Shown here: positions 27,656 through 36,909 of the stretch, one piece after another
Numbering within the stretch: the stretch's first letter is position 1
Layout of the letters: every line of letters starts with the position of its first letter
Assembly: GCA_044869955.1 (NCBI GenBank)
Contig: JBIOYC010000308.1
Span: 1-63,420 of the forward strand
From: Thermoanaerobaculia bacterium
GTDB lineage: Bacteria > Acidobacteriota > Thermoanaerobaculia > Multivoradales > SZUA-115
Length of the DNA: 63,420 bases
Direction of reading: 5' to 3'
The notes under the pieces: generated by a model
The model's input: only the letters and a program-made list of their open reading frames with translations
Databases searched by the model: none
Told to the model about the DNA's origin: nothing
Made by a program: the position numbers and the translations under genes

Positions 27656-30100
27656 ATGGAACCCTCGATTCCGCCGCCGGCCCCTCCCCCGCGCATCAAG
27701 ATCCGGATCCGGCGTGGCCGCTGGGGCAAGCGCGCGCTGATCGCCGGTGCCGTGCTGGCCGTCGCCCTGACGGCCTTCGTGCTGTGGACCCTCCAGCCCT
27801 TCTGGGAGCTCTCCGCGCAGTTCACCGACATCCCGAGCCGGCAGCCGTCGCGCCTCTATGGTCGCTCGCTGGCGATCGCGGTTGGCGAGCTGGCCGACGA
27901 GCAGGGCCTGCTCGACGAGCTCGAGCGGCTCTCCTACCGCCCGGCCGAGGGCGGGGGAGCTCTCCAGCAGGGACGCTTCCGCCGCACGGCGCGGGGCTTC
28001 GAGGTGTTCTTGCGCTCCTCCCCGGCCGCCGAGGGGCTCGAGAAGGGATACCTCCTCGGCATCGAGCTTTCCGCGGCGCGGGTCGCCCGCCTGACCAGCA
28101 ACGGCCAGGAGGTGGCGAGCGCCCGGCTGGAGGCGCCGCTGCTGGCCACCTACTACGGTCCGGAGGTCGAGGAGCGACGACCAGTGGTGGTCTACGAGCT
28201 GCCGGATCACGTCCTCCAGGCCGTCCTCGCCGCCGAGGACGAGCGCTTCTTCAAGCACTCGGGGGTCTCGGTCAAGGGCATCCTGCGCGCCGTCTGGGTC
28301 AACCTCCGCGGCGGCGAGCTGCGCCAGGGCGGCAGCACCCTCACCCAGCAGCTGGTCAAGAACCTCTATCTCTCCCACGAGCGCTCGGTGGGGCGCAAGG
28401 TGCAGGAGGGGGTGCTCTCCCTCTTCCTCGAAGCGCGCTACAGCAAGGCACAGATCCTCCAGGCCTACCTCAACGAGATCTATCTCGGCACCCTCGGCGG
28501 CGTGAACCTCCAGGGCATCGGCGCGGCCTCACGGGCCTACTTCGGCAAGGATCCCGAGCAGCTCAGCGTGGGGGAGGCGGCCACCCTGGCGGGGATCATC
28601 CCGGCGCCGGGGTCCTTCTCGCCGGTGGCTCACCGCGAGAAGGCCCTCGAGCGGCGCAACCTGGTGCTGTCGCGGCTGGCGGCCCTCGGCACCGTGCCGG
28701 CGGAGGCCATCGAAGTGGCGCGCCGGGAGCCGCTCGCGGTGGCCCCGGTGCCGCCGGTGCGGCGGCGGGCGCCCTACTTCGGCGACGCCATGGCCGAGGA
28801 GGCGGCACGCCGCTTCGGCGTCAAGGACCTGGCCGCGAGCGGCTACACGCTGCTCTCGACTCTCTCGCTGGGCGATCAGAAGGCCGCCGAGGACGCCACC
28901 TCCTGGGGTCTCGCGTCTCTCGAGAAGGGCTGGGAGAAGGGCTCCAAGGCCGAGGGGCCCCTGCAGGTGGCGCTGGTGTCGATCGATCCCCGGACCGGCG
29001 CCATCCTCTCCTACCTGGGCGGCAGGGACTACGGCGCCTCGCAGTTCGACCGCGTCGTCCAGGCCCGCCGCCAGGCAGGCAGCGCCTTCAAGGCGGTGGT
29101 CTACGCCGCGGCCTTCGAGAGCGGCACGGTCACCCCGGCCACTCTGGTGGAGGACGCACCCCTGACGGTCACCGAAGGGGGCCAGACCTGGACGCCCCTC
29201 AACGACGACAAGGAATTCGCGGGCTGGGTGACGGTGCGGCGGGCGGTGGAGAAGAGCCTCAACATCCCGACCGCGCGAGTGGCCCTGGCCACGGGCCTGC
29301 CGAAGATCGTCAGCCTGGCGAAGAAGATGGGGGTCACGGCCCCCCTCCAGCCCTTCCCTTCGCTCTCCCTGGGCGCCTTCGAGCTCACCCCCCTGGAGCT
29401 GGCCACGGTCTACGGCACCCTCGCCGGCGGCGGCGTGCGGCCGCCGGCGCATGGGCTCGAGGCGGTGCTCGACAAGGCCGGCGAAGCCGTGCCGGGGACG
29501 CCTCTGCCGGCGCCGGAGCGGGTCCTCTCCAAGGACAGCGCCTACCTCGTCACCTCGATCCTCCAGGGGGTGGTGAACCAAGGCACCGGGGCTTCGGTGC
29601 GCAGCCAGGGCCTGTTCGATCCCCTGGCGGGAAAGACCGGCACGACCAACGGCCGTCGCGACAGCTGGTTCGCCGGTTACTCGCCGGATCGCACCACCGT
29701 GGTCTGGCTCGGCTACGACGACAACGCCAAGACTCGCCTCTCCGGCTCGCGGGCGGCAGCGCCGATCTGGGGCCGCTTCACCCTCGGCGTGCGACCGCCG
29801 GGGGGCTACCGGAACTTCGGGACACCGGGCGGCATCGTCGTCGCCAGCGTGGACCCCACCACCGGTGGTCTCGCCACCACGGACTGTCCCGAGGCGGTGA
29901 ACGAGGTCTTCCGCGAGGGCACGGTGCCCACCGCCCTGTGCGCCGTGCACGACGGCTTCTTCGCCGTCCCCGCGGCTCAGGGCTCCGGTGTGGAGGGCGG
30001 CGAGCGCCGTCCCCTGCGCAGCTGGCTCCGCCGGGTCTTCGGCGGCAAGCAGCAGAAAGAGCCCCCCGGAGGCACCGAGACGGAGCCAGACACCCGGTGA
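27656..30100 (+). CDS. bifunctional class A penicillin-binding protein (glycosyltransferase GT51 + transpeptidase)
   Basis: An N-terminal TM helix. GT51 motifs EDERFFKHSGV, GGSTLTQQL and RKVQE. Transpeptidase motifs SAFK and KTGTTN. Confidence 0.9.
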   Translation: MEPSIPPPAPPPRIKIRIRRGRWGKRALIAGAVLAVALTAFVLWTLQPFWELSAQFTDIPSRQPSRLYGRSLAIAVGELADEQGLLDELERLSYRPAEGGGALQQGRFRRTARGFEVFLRSSPAAEGLEKGYLLGIELSAARVARLTSNGQEVASARLEAPLLATYYGPEVEERRPVVVYELPDHVLQAVLAAEDERFFKHSGVSVKGILRAVWVNLRGGELRQGGSTLTQQLVKNLYLSHERSVGRKVQEGVLSLFLEARYSKAQILQAYLNEIYLGTLGGVNLQGIGAASRAYFGKDPEQLSVGEAATLAGIIPAPGSFSPVAHREKALERRNLVLSRLAALGTVPAEAIEVARREPLAVAPVPPVRRRAPYFGDAMAEEAARRFGVKDLAASGYTLLSTLSLGDQKAAEDATSWGLASLEKGWEKGSKAEGPLQVALVSIDPRTGAILSYLGGRDYGASQFDRVVQARRQAGSAFKAVVYAAAFESGTVTPATLVEDAPLTVTEGGQTWTPLNDDKEFAGWVTVRRAVEKSLNIPTARVALATGLPKIVSLAKKMGVTAPLQPFPSLSLGAFELTPLELATVYGTLAGGGVRPPAHGLEAVLDKAGEAVPGTPLPAPERVLSKDSAYLVTSILQGVVNQGTGASVRSQGLFDPLAGKTGTTNGRRDSWFAGYSPDRTTVVWLGYDDNAKTRLSGSRAAAPIWGRFTLGVRPPGGYRNFGTPGGIVVASVDPTTGGLATTDCPEAVNEVFREGTVPTALCAVHDGFFAVPAAQGSGVEGGERRPLRSWLRRVFGGKQQKEPPGGTETEPDTR

Positions 30101-30143
30101 GCGACGAGATGCGCTCGCGAGGCGGGCCGCCGGGATCCTGAGC

Positions 30144-30173
30144 TTGTGGATCGTCTAGACACTCATCTATACT
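30144..30173 (+). promoter_or_regulatory. candidate sigma70-type promoter for vapBC-1 (TTGTGG-18-TATACT), probably giving a leaderless or near-leaderless mRNA
   Basis: Hexamers were read directly. The -10 ends 7 nt before ATG 30181, and the palindrome GTCTAGAC (30153-30160) sits in the spacer. Confidence 0.35.
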
Positions 30174-30180
30174 TCTCGCC

Positions 30181-30423
30181 ATGAGAGCCGCACGAGCCAA
30201 ACTGTTCACCAATGGCGGGAGCCAGGCCGTTCGTCTGCCCAAGGAGTGCCGGTTCCCGGCCGAGCAGAGCGAAGTGCTGGTGAGGCGAGAAGGGCGCGCC
30301 GTGATCCTGGAGCCGGTCGACGAGTGGCCGGCGAGCTTCCTCGCAGTCCTCGGCGCTTGGGAGGAGGACATCCCGCGGCCGCCTCAGCCCCTCCTCTCCG
30401 AGCTGAAGGATCCCTTCGAGTGA
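30181..30423 (+). CDS. vapB: AbrB/SpoVT-fold type II antitoxin
   Basis: An 80-aa protein with KLFTNGGSQAVRLPKECRF, typical of VapB/MazE-type swapped-hairpin antitoxins. A PIN gene follows. Confidence 0.8.
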   Translation: MRAARAKLFTNGGSQAVRLPKECRFPAEQSEVLVRREGRAVILEPVDEWPASFLAVLGAWEEDIPRPPQPLLSELKDPFE

Positions 30424-30818
30424 GCCCGCGGTTCATGCTCGACACCGACACCGTGAGCTACGCCATCAAGGGTCACGGACAAGTCGGCACCCGGATGGTG
30501 CAGCATCCCCCCTCTCAGCTCTGCCTGAGCGCGATCACGCTCGCGGAGCTCCGCTACGGAGCGGATCACAAGGATTCCACCAAGCTCCACCGCCTCATCG
30601 ACGCTTTCGTCCAGCCGCTGAGCGTCCTGCCGATCGATGCAGAAGTGGCAGCTCGCTACGGCAAGCTAGCCACCCTCCTGCGCCAGCAGGGCACTCCCAT
30701 CGGAGCCTTCGACACCCTGGTGGCAGCCCACACGCTCGTTGCCAGCCTGACCCTGGTGACGAACAACCTCAGGCACTTTGAGCGGGTGCCTGGGTTGCGA
30801 GCGGAGAGCTGGGTGTAG
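30420..30818 (+). CDS. vapC: PIN-domain ribonuclease toxin
   Basis: FMLDTDTVSY (first acidic residue), ITLAELRYGA, and the C-terminal LVTNNLRHFERV. The start is GTG 30420 (4-nt overlap with vapB) or ATG 30435. Confidence 0.85.
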   Translation: MSPRFMLDTDTVSYAIKGHGQVGTRMVQHPPSQLCLSAITLAELRYGADHKDSTKLHRLIDAFVQPLSVLPIDAEVAARYGKLATLLRQQGTPIGAFDTLVAAHTLVASLTLVTNNLRHFERVPGLRAESWV

Positions 30819-30822
30819 CTTT

Positions 30823-30841
30823 GTTCAGCCGTTCGCTGAAC
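30823..30841 (+). terminator. hairpin GTTCAGC-CGTTC-GCTGAAC just after vapC (no U-tract)
   Basis: A 7-bp stem read directly, 5 nt after the TAG stop. Confidence 0.3.
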
Positions 30842-30922
30842 CCACACAACAGCGCTGCGCACACTCGTGCGAGGTGCTGGAGCGCCCCTTCGATCTGATG
30901 GTTCGTGGTGTGAGGTGTCGAT

Positions 30923-31306
30923 GTGAGCCCTGTGACCTTCAACTCCCCCTCCGCTCCGCAGCCCTCTGGCGGCTATTCGCAGGCGGTGGCGATCGAAGCG
31001 GGAAGGCGTTTGCTGTTCATCAGCGGTCAGATCCCGGAATCCGCCGAGGGGATCGTGCCGCCGGACTTTCGATCGCAGTGCCGTCAGGTCTGGGCCAACG
31101 TGATCGCTCAGCTGGAGGCTGCCGGGATGTCCGCCCGCGACCTCGTGAAGGTCACGACGTTCCTCGCTTCACGCGAGCACGCCGGTGAGAACAGCACGGT
31201 GAGGCGCGAGGTTCTGGGGTCGTGCTCACCGGCGTTGACGGTGGTCATTGCCGGCATCTTCGACGAGCAGTGGCTGGTGGAGATCGAGGCGGTGGCGGCG
31301 GACTGA
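30923..31306 (+). CDS. ridA: RidA/YjgF/Rid-family enamine/imine deaminase
   Basis: A 127-aa protein with PSGGYSQAVAIEAGRRLLFISGQIP and the C-terminal VEIEAVA typical of the YjgF fold. Confidence 0.8.
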   Translation: MSPVTFNSPSAPQPSGGYSQAVAIEAGRRLLFISGQIPESAEGIVPPDFRSQCRQVWANVIAQLEAAGMSARDLVKVTTFLASREHAGENSTVRREVLGSCSPALTVVIAGIFDEQWLVEIEAVAAD

Positions 31307-31323
31307 ATCGCTTCGAAATGCGG

Positions 31324-31346
31324 CGGGCGGCCTGTTCGGCCGCCCG
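31324..31346. terminator. bidirectional intrinsic terminator between convergent genes
   Basis: A 9-bp GC stem CGGGCGGCC / GGCCGCCCG with a 5-nt loop. It is flanked by TTCGAAA upstream and TTTCGAA downstream. Confidence 0.55.
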
Positions 31347-31361
31347 GTTCCTCGTTTCGAA

Positions 31362-31841
31362 TTACTCCCAGCAGATCTCGCCCACCAGCAGGGCTTCGCC
31401 GATCCCGTTGGCGAAGGTGCCGGTGCCGATCAACTTGCCGCTGGCGCCGGCCCACACGCCCGTGCCGCCGACGATGGTGTCCACCTCGCCGAACTCACCG
31501 GCGCCGGTAGTGGCGAGGACGATGGTGTCTTTGGTGAGGAGATCGCCGTCGCGGGTGTGGATGGTGTTGTCACCGGTCAGCACGAGCACGCCCGTGGCCG
31601 GCGTGTCGACGGTCGAGACGAAGCTGGTGCCGATGAACTCCGAGGTGCCGCGCAGGCTGCCCTTGAGCACTCCGCCGGCGCACAGACCGACCTCCGACGT
31701 GCAGCCCGGACCGGCCGACGCCGTGAGGGTGACGCGAGAGTGGATGGTGCGGCAGTCCGAGTCGGCAGCGGCCGGCGTCGCGGCGGCGAGGGCGAGGGCC
31801 AGGGCGAGCAAGGAGTGGGATGGGGAAAACGTTGCGTTCAT
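31362..31841 (-). CDS. secreted hypothetical protein (4 Cys, Gly/Thr-rich beta-type)
   Basis: A signal peptide MNATFSPSHSLLALALALAAATPAAA. ATG 31841 is preceded by GGAGG; the track starts one codon earlier at TTG. No family was recognised. Confidence 0.5.
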   Translation of the reverse strand: MNATFSPSHSLLALALALAAATPAAADSDCRTIHSRVTLTASAGPGCTSEVGLCAGGVLKGSLRGTSEFIGTSFVSTVDTPATGVLVLTGDNTIHTRDGDLLTKDTIVLATTGAGEFGEVDTIVGGTGVWAGASGKLIGTGTFANGIGEALLVGEICWE

Positions 31842-31936
31842 CAAGACCTCCAGGTTTTCGGTCGTTGTCGGTTCGCCTGCTCCGATGCACGACCGAAAGA
31901 GGAGGTTTCATTCGCCCTCGAGGGGGCGAAGCAACC

Positions 31937-32521
31937 TCAGGTCCAGTTGACCTGGAACGGTACGTCCAGAGAGAGGGCCAAGGTCTCCGGTGAATCGATC
32001 AAAGAAACCTGGAAGCGGGCCTTCAGCTGATGGAGACCGGAATCGAGGTGGAGCTCGCTGTAGGGCAGAACCAGGACGTAATCCGGGAACACCGCGCTCG
32101 GGTACTGGGCCACGATCGGGGCACCCACCGACGCCTGGCCATCCAAGCTGGTGTAGAGCCCGTTGAAATCCCGCAGTGGAGTGCCGTCGGCGAAGGAGAA
32201 ATAGGCGGTGCCGAAGGCCGACCGGCCGACGGCGTTGTTGAGGGTGAACTGGGCGTGGAGGCGTAGGCCCAGCTCCGCCCCGACCGGCACGTTGTGCTCG
32301 ATCCAGACGTTCTGGATGATGGCCGACGGTCGCTGGACCGGAATGGGGGCGGGGGCGGCCAGCGAGCGCGAGGTCGTTTCCGGGGTCACGGGCTTCGGCT
32401 CGGAGCCCTTGGGCATGAGCTGGATGATGGCGACGGTGATCGTCGCGATCGCGGCGATCGCAGCCGGGATCGACGCCGCAGCGCAGCCCCAGACCCCGGA
32501 CTTCTCTTGCTTCTCCGCCAT
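31937..32521 (-). CDS. N-terminally anchored hypothetical protein with ~130-aa extracytoplasmic beta-rich domain
   Basis: A TM helix IPAAIAAIATITVAIIQL, a Pro-rich linker, then IQNVWIEHNV...LHAQFTLNN...AYFSFADGTPLRDFNGLYTSLDG... No family was recognised. Confidence 0.5.
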   Translation of the reverse strand: MAEKQEKSGVWGCAAASIPAAIAAIATITVAIIQLMPKGSEPKPVTPETTSRSLAAPAPIPVQRPSAIIQNVWIEHNVPVGAELGLRLHAQFTLNNAVGRSAFGTAYFSFADGTPLRDFNGLYTSLDGQASVGAPIVAQYPSAVFPDYVLVLPYSELHLDSGLHQLKARFQVSLIDSPETLALSLDVPFQVNWT

Positions 32522-32785
32522 TCCTCTGACCTCACTGTTGGTGGATCCGAGCCACTCCGCATCCTACCGAGTCGATGGTGCCGGGTAGCCTCATTGTACG
32601 AAGCCCACCGAGGCCGTCAAGGTCCCGTGCATGGTCAATGACTGAGATATTGACACGAAGGGATTGATCGGATGCTTCGAGAGATGGCTCCCTGCCGGGG
32701 CGGCCAGCCCGGGGTCCCCGCAGTAGGATAGCGGCTTGCTCTCGGCCCGGCCGTCGCCGAAGCCCGCCCCAGAACCGATCGACGC

Positions 32786-35614
32786 ATGCCCTCCGCCCCC
32801 GCCATCGAGGTCGTCAACGCCCGCACTCACAACCTCAAGGGCATCGACTGCCGGGTGCCCCACGGCCAGGTCACCGTGGTCACCGGACCCTCCGGAGCCG
32901 GCAAGTCCTCCCTCGCCTTCGACACCATCTTCGCCGAGGGCCAGCGACGCTTCGTCGAGTCGATGTCCACCTACGCCCGGCAGTTCCTCGACCAGATGGA
33001 GCGCCCGCCGGCCGACAGCATCGACAACCTGCTGCCGGCGGTCGCCCTCGAAGCCAAGAACGCGATCAAGAACGCCCGCTCGACCGTCGGCACCATCACC
33101 GAGACCCATGACGTCCTGCGCCTGCTCTTCACGCACCTGGGCGAGGTGGGCTGCCCCAACGGCCATGGCCCGGTGGTGCGCCACACCGCGGCGGAGGCCG
33201 CCGCGGCCCTCGATCGGGGCGAGATGGGCGAGCGCTTCCTGGTGCTCGCCAACGTGCCCCGTCCCCGCCGCAACGCCGACGCGGCCTTGGCAGAGCTGAT
33301 TCGCCAGGGCTGGGGACGCGCCTTCGTCGACGGCCACCTCCTCCGTCTGGCGGTGGGCGAGAAGTGGCCGAAGGGCCTCGACCCCCTACCTTTGCTCCTG
33401 GGTCGCTTCCGCGCCCGAGGCGAGGGGATCCAGGCCCTCGCCGCCACGGTCGAGGACGGCTTCCGGCTCGGTGGCGGGCGCATCGAGGTGGTGGCCGCGG
33501 ACGACCGCCGCCGGCTCTACGCGGCGGAGCTCTCCTGCCCGATGTGTGGAGCGGTGGCCCGGCGACCGGTGCCGGCCCTGTTCTCGTTCAATTCGCCCCT
33601 CGGCGCCTGCTCGCGCTGCGAGGGCTTCGGGCGGACCATCGGCGTCGACCGCGAGCGGGTGATCCCGGACCCCAGCAAGTCCCTCTCCCAGCGGCCGATC
33701 GCCCCCTGGAACACGCCGGCCTACGAGGAGCTCTACGACCAGCTCTACGCGGCCTGCCGCCGGCGGAGGATCTCCCTGGACCTGCCCTGGCGAGAGCTGC
33801 CCGACGAGGTCCGCGAGTGGGTGTGGAGTGGCGACGGTCCCTTCGTCAGCCTGGAGGAGTTCTTCACCTGGCTCGAGTCGCGGACCTACAAGGTGCACGT
33901 GCGCGTGCTGCTCGCCCGCTACCGGGCCTACAACCCCTGCCCGGACTGCGGCGGCAGCCGCCTGAAGCCCGAGGCGCGGGCGGTCAAGCTGCACGGCCGG
34001 AGCCTGCCCGAGCTTTCCGCCTTGTCGATCGAGCGCCTTCGCGCCTGGCTCTCCGAGCAGCGCTGGAGCGAGCGGGAGAGGGCGATGGCCGGCCACCTGC
34101 TCGAGGAGGTGGAGAGCCGCGTCGGGGTGCTCCACCGGGTGGGCCTCGACTACCTGACCCTCGATCGCCAGGCCCGCACCCTCTCCGGGGGCGAGGCGCA
34201 GCGCATCCACCTCGCCGCGGCCCTGGGCTCCGGGCTGACCAGCACCCTCTACGTCCTCGACGAGCCCACCATCGGCCTCCACCCCCAGGACTCCGACCGG
34301 CTCCTCGCCTTGCTCCGGGACTTGGCCGGCCGTGGCAACACCGTGTTGGTGGTGGAGCACGACCGCACCCTGATCCAGGGTGCCGATTGGCTGATCGACC
34401 TCGGGCCGGAAGCGGGTGAGCGAGGAGGCGAGGTGATCGCCCAGGGCACTCTCGCCCAGGTGCTGGAGAGCGAGCTGTCCCTGACCGCCCGCTACCTGCG
34501 CGAGCGGCTGCCCACCCAGGCCTGGGAGCACGTGGCCCGCCATCGCCGCGAGCGGGGTTGGGAGAGCCTGGATGCCGAGCTGGCGAAACGGCCGCGGGTG
34601 GCGATCCGCGGAGCGCGCGCGAACAACTTGAAGAACGTCGACCTCGAGCTGCCGTTGGGCGCCCTGGTGGTCGTCACCGGGGTCTCCGGCTCGGGCAAGT
34701 CCACGCTGGTCGAGAACGTGCTCTACGGCACCTACCAGCGCTCGCGAGGAGTGGTCGACGTGGAGCCGGGGGAGGTCGACCTGCTCTCCGGCCTCTCGGA
34801 CCTCGCCGACGTCACCCTGGTTGACCAGCGCCCGCTGGGCCGCTCCAGCCGCTCGAACCCGGTGACCTACGTCAAGGCCTACGACGAGATCCGCAATCTC
34901 TTCGCGGCCACGGTCAAGGCCCGGGCACGGCGGATCACGGCGGCGCACTTCTCCTTCAACCTCGACCGGGGTCGCTGCCCGGTCTGCCAGGGCACCGGGG
35001 TCACCGAGGTGGACATGCACTTCATGGCCCCGGTGACGGTGACCTGTGACGCCTGCCAGGGCCACCGCTTCCGGCCGGAGGTGCTCGAGGTCACCTTCAA
35101 GGGCCGCAACATCGCCGAGGCCCTGGAGTTGACGGTGGAGGAGGCTCGGACCTTCTTCACCGGCCAGAGGAAGCTGCTGCGCCGCCTCGAGCTGCTCTGC
35201 GACGTCGGCCTGGGCTACCTGCGCCTGGGCCAGCCCACTTCGACCCTCTCGGGAGGGGAAGCGCAGCGGTTGAAGCTCGCGAGCTTCCTCGATCGACCCG
35301 AGAGCGAGGCGGCCCGGCTCTTCCTGTTCGACGAGCCGACCACCGGCCTGCACCTGGCGGACATCGATCTGCTCTACCGCACGCTGCGCCGGCTGGTGCA
35401 GCGGGGTGACGGCGTGGTGGTGGTCGAGCACAGCCTGGACCTCGTCGCCCGGGCCGATTGGGTGATCGACCTCGGGCCCGGCGGCGGCGTCCATGGCGGT
35501 GAGGTGCTCCACTGCGGCTCGCTGGGGTCCTTCCTGACCGGCGGCGAGGGCCCCACGGCCCGCGAGCTGCGCAGCTTCCTGCGCTGGCAGCCGGCGCCGG
35601 CCGCCGCCGGGTAG
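32786..35614 (+). CDS. uvrA: excinuclease ABC subunit A family protein
   Basis: A 942-aa protein. N-terminus [58 protein letters not shown]. Two ABC modules (LSGGEAQR twice) and zinc modules [34 protein letters not shown]. Confidence 0.85.
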   Translation: MPSAPAIEVVNARTHNLKGIDCRVPHGQVTVVTGPSGAGKSSLAFDTIFAEGQRRFVESMSTYARQFLDQMERPPADSIDNLLPAVALEAKNAIKNARSTVGTITETHDVLRLLFTHLGEVGCPNGHGPVVRHTAAEAAAALDRGEMGERFLVLANVPRPRRNADAALAELIRQGWGRAFVDGHLLRLAVGEKWPKGLDPLPLLLGRFRARGEGIQALAATVEDGFRLGGGRIEVVAADDRRRLYAAELSCPMCGAVARRPVPALFSFNSPLGACSRCEGFGRTIGVDRERVIPDPSKSLSQRPIAPWNTPAYEELYDQLYAACRRRRISLDLPWRELPDEVREWVWSGDGPFVSLEEFFTWLESRTYKVHVRVLLARYRAYNPCPDCGGSRLKPEARAVKLHGRSLPELSALSIERLRAWLSEQRWSERERAMAGHLLEEVESRVGVLHRVGLDYLTLDRQARTLSGGEAQRIHLAAALGSGLTSTLYVLDEPTIGLHPQDSDRLLALLRDLAGRGNTVLVVEHDRTLIQGADWLIDLGPEAGERGGEVIAQGTLAQVLESELSLTARYLRERLPTQAWEHVARHRRERGWESLDAELAKRPRVAIRGARANNLKNVDLELPLGALVVVTGVSGSGKSTLVENVLYGTYQRSRGVVDVEPGEVDLLSGLSDLADVTLVDQRPLGRSSRSNPVTYVKAYDEIRNLFAATVKARARRITAAHFSFNLDRGRCPVCQGTGVTEVDMHFMAPVTVTCDACQGHRFRPEVLEVTFKGRNIAEALELTVEEARTFFTGQRKLLRRLELLCDVGLGYLRLGQPTSTLSGGEAQRLKLASFLDRPESEAARLFLFDEPTTGLHLADIDLLYRTLRRLVQRGDGVVVVEHSLDLVARADWVIDLGPGGGVHGGEVLHCGSLGSFLTGGEGPTARELRSFLRWQPAPAAAG

Positions 35615-35619
35615 GGAGC

Positions 35620-35647
35620 TTTCCAGTGAGGGCCCGGGTGCTATATT
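35620..35647 (+). promoter_or_regulatory. candidate promoter TTTCCA-16-TATATT upstream of the FHA-RDD gene
   Basis: Hexamers were read directly, ~95 nt upstream of GTG 35742. This is speculative. Confidence 0.25.
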
Positions 35648-35741
35648 CGCGACAGCTCCCCGGCGCCGCTCCCGCCTTCGCAGCCCGCTCTGCCTCGCGG
35701 GGCTCCGGACGGCCCAGCGTGGGAGCGGAGGAGAGCACCAG

Positions 35742-36824
35742 GTGAGCAGCGCCAGGTTCTACTTCGAGAGCGGCCAAGACCGCTTCGCCTTGCTTCCCGG
35801 CACCAGCACCATCGGCCGCAGCCGCAACTGTGAGGTGTTGCTCGACGATCCGAGCGCCAGCCGAAACCACGCCCTGGTGACCCTCGACAACGACCGCGTG
35901 ATCCTCCAGGACCTGGGCTCGGCCAACGGCACCCTGGTCAACGGCCGGCGGCTCCAAGGCGAGACCGAGATCCAGCACGGCGACGTGATCACCATCGGTG
36001 AGACCCGCCTGGTGCTCAAGGCTTTGGGCAACCAGGCCGCCACCCAGCTGATGGACCTCGACTCGATCGCCGCCGCGTCCGAGGCAGGCGGCCGGTCGAT
36101 GAGCCCCTCCGAGGCGATCTCCGCCCTCGAAGCCATGCCGGTGGGCGAGGTGATCGCTCGCCCCTCCCCCTACCGCGACGCCACCGACATCCGCCCGCCT
36201 TCGGAGCTCGGCGCCCCGGAGCCGCCCCCTCCGCCCCTGTCCTTCCCGGGGATGCCGGAGCCGCCGCACGCCCACCAGCCCCTCCCCACGCCGCCGCCGA
36301 TGGCGATCCCGGTGCCGGCCGGCGAGGTGCTCGCCACCTTCGAGGAGATCGATCGGCGCTTGGCCGAGGGCGGGCCGGTCCTCACCGAATCGGGGAACTA
36401 CGAGGTCAGCCGCATCGACCTGCCGCCGGCCCCCTTCTGGCGGCGCGCGGTGGCGATCCTGATCGACGGTCTGTTGATCGGGGTGCTCTCCCTGCTCTCC
36501 TCCTTCGCCCTCGGCGGCCCCAACTCCGGCGGCGGCGCTCTGCTCCTCGGCGTGGTCTCCCTGGTCGCCGCCGTGGTCCTGCCGGTGGTCGGCTGGAGCG
36601 GTTGGGGCACCACCCCGGGCAAGCGGCTGATGGGGCTCTACGTCTGTGGCCTGGATGGTCGGGTGGGCCTGCCCTTCGGCCGCGCCCTGCTGCGCTACGT
36701 CGGCTACCTGGTGAGCGCTCTCCCCCTCGGCATCGGCTTCCTCCTGCCCCTCTTCAACGCACGCCGGCGAGCCCTCCACGACCTGATCGCGGGCAGCTAC
36801 GTGGGCTACCTGGCGCGGCGCTAG
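35742..36824 (+). CDS. FHA domain - proline-rich linker - RDD-family membrane domain fusion protein
   Basis: FHA: TIGRSRNCEVLLDDPSASRNHALV...LGSANGTLVNG. RDD: PAPFWRRAVAILIDGLLIG ... RRRALHDLIAGSYV. Confidence 0.8.
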   Translation: MSSARFYFESGQDRFALLPGTSTIGRSRNCEVLLDDPSASRNHALVTLDNDRVILQDLGSANGTLVNGRRLQGETEIQHGDVITIGETRLVLKALGNQAATQLMDLDSIAAASEAGGRSMSPSEAISALEAMPVGEVIARPSPYRDATDIRPPSELGAPEPPPPPLSFPGMPEPPHAHQPLPTPPPMAIPVPAGEVLATFEEIDRRLAEGGPVLTESGNYEVSRIDLPPAPFWRRAVAILIDGLLIGVLSLLSSFALGGPNSGGGALLLGVVSLVAAVVLPVVGWSGWGTTPGKRLMGLYVCGLDGRVGLPFGRALLRYVGYLVSALPLGIGFLLPLFNARRRALHDLIAGSYVGYLARR

Positions 36825-36909
36825 GTCGGAGGGCCAGCCCTTCCCGCCGTCATCCCCGCACGAGCGGGGTCCCACCGGGCCGTTTCTCACCTCCTGTTAG
36901 GATCCCCCC

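Noticed and set aside
32522-32785. Looked for a LexA/SOS box or clear promoter upstream of uvrA (a TTGACA occurs near 32650)
   Set aside because: There is no palindromic SOS-box-like motif and no properly spaced -10 partner for the TTGACA, so the evidence is insufficient.
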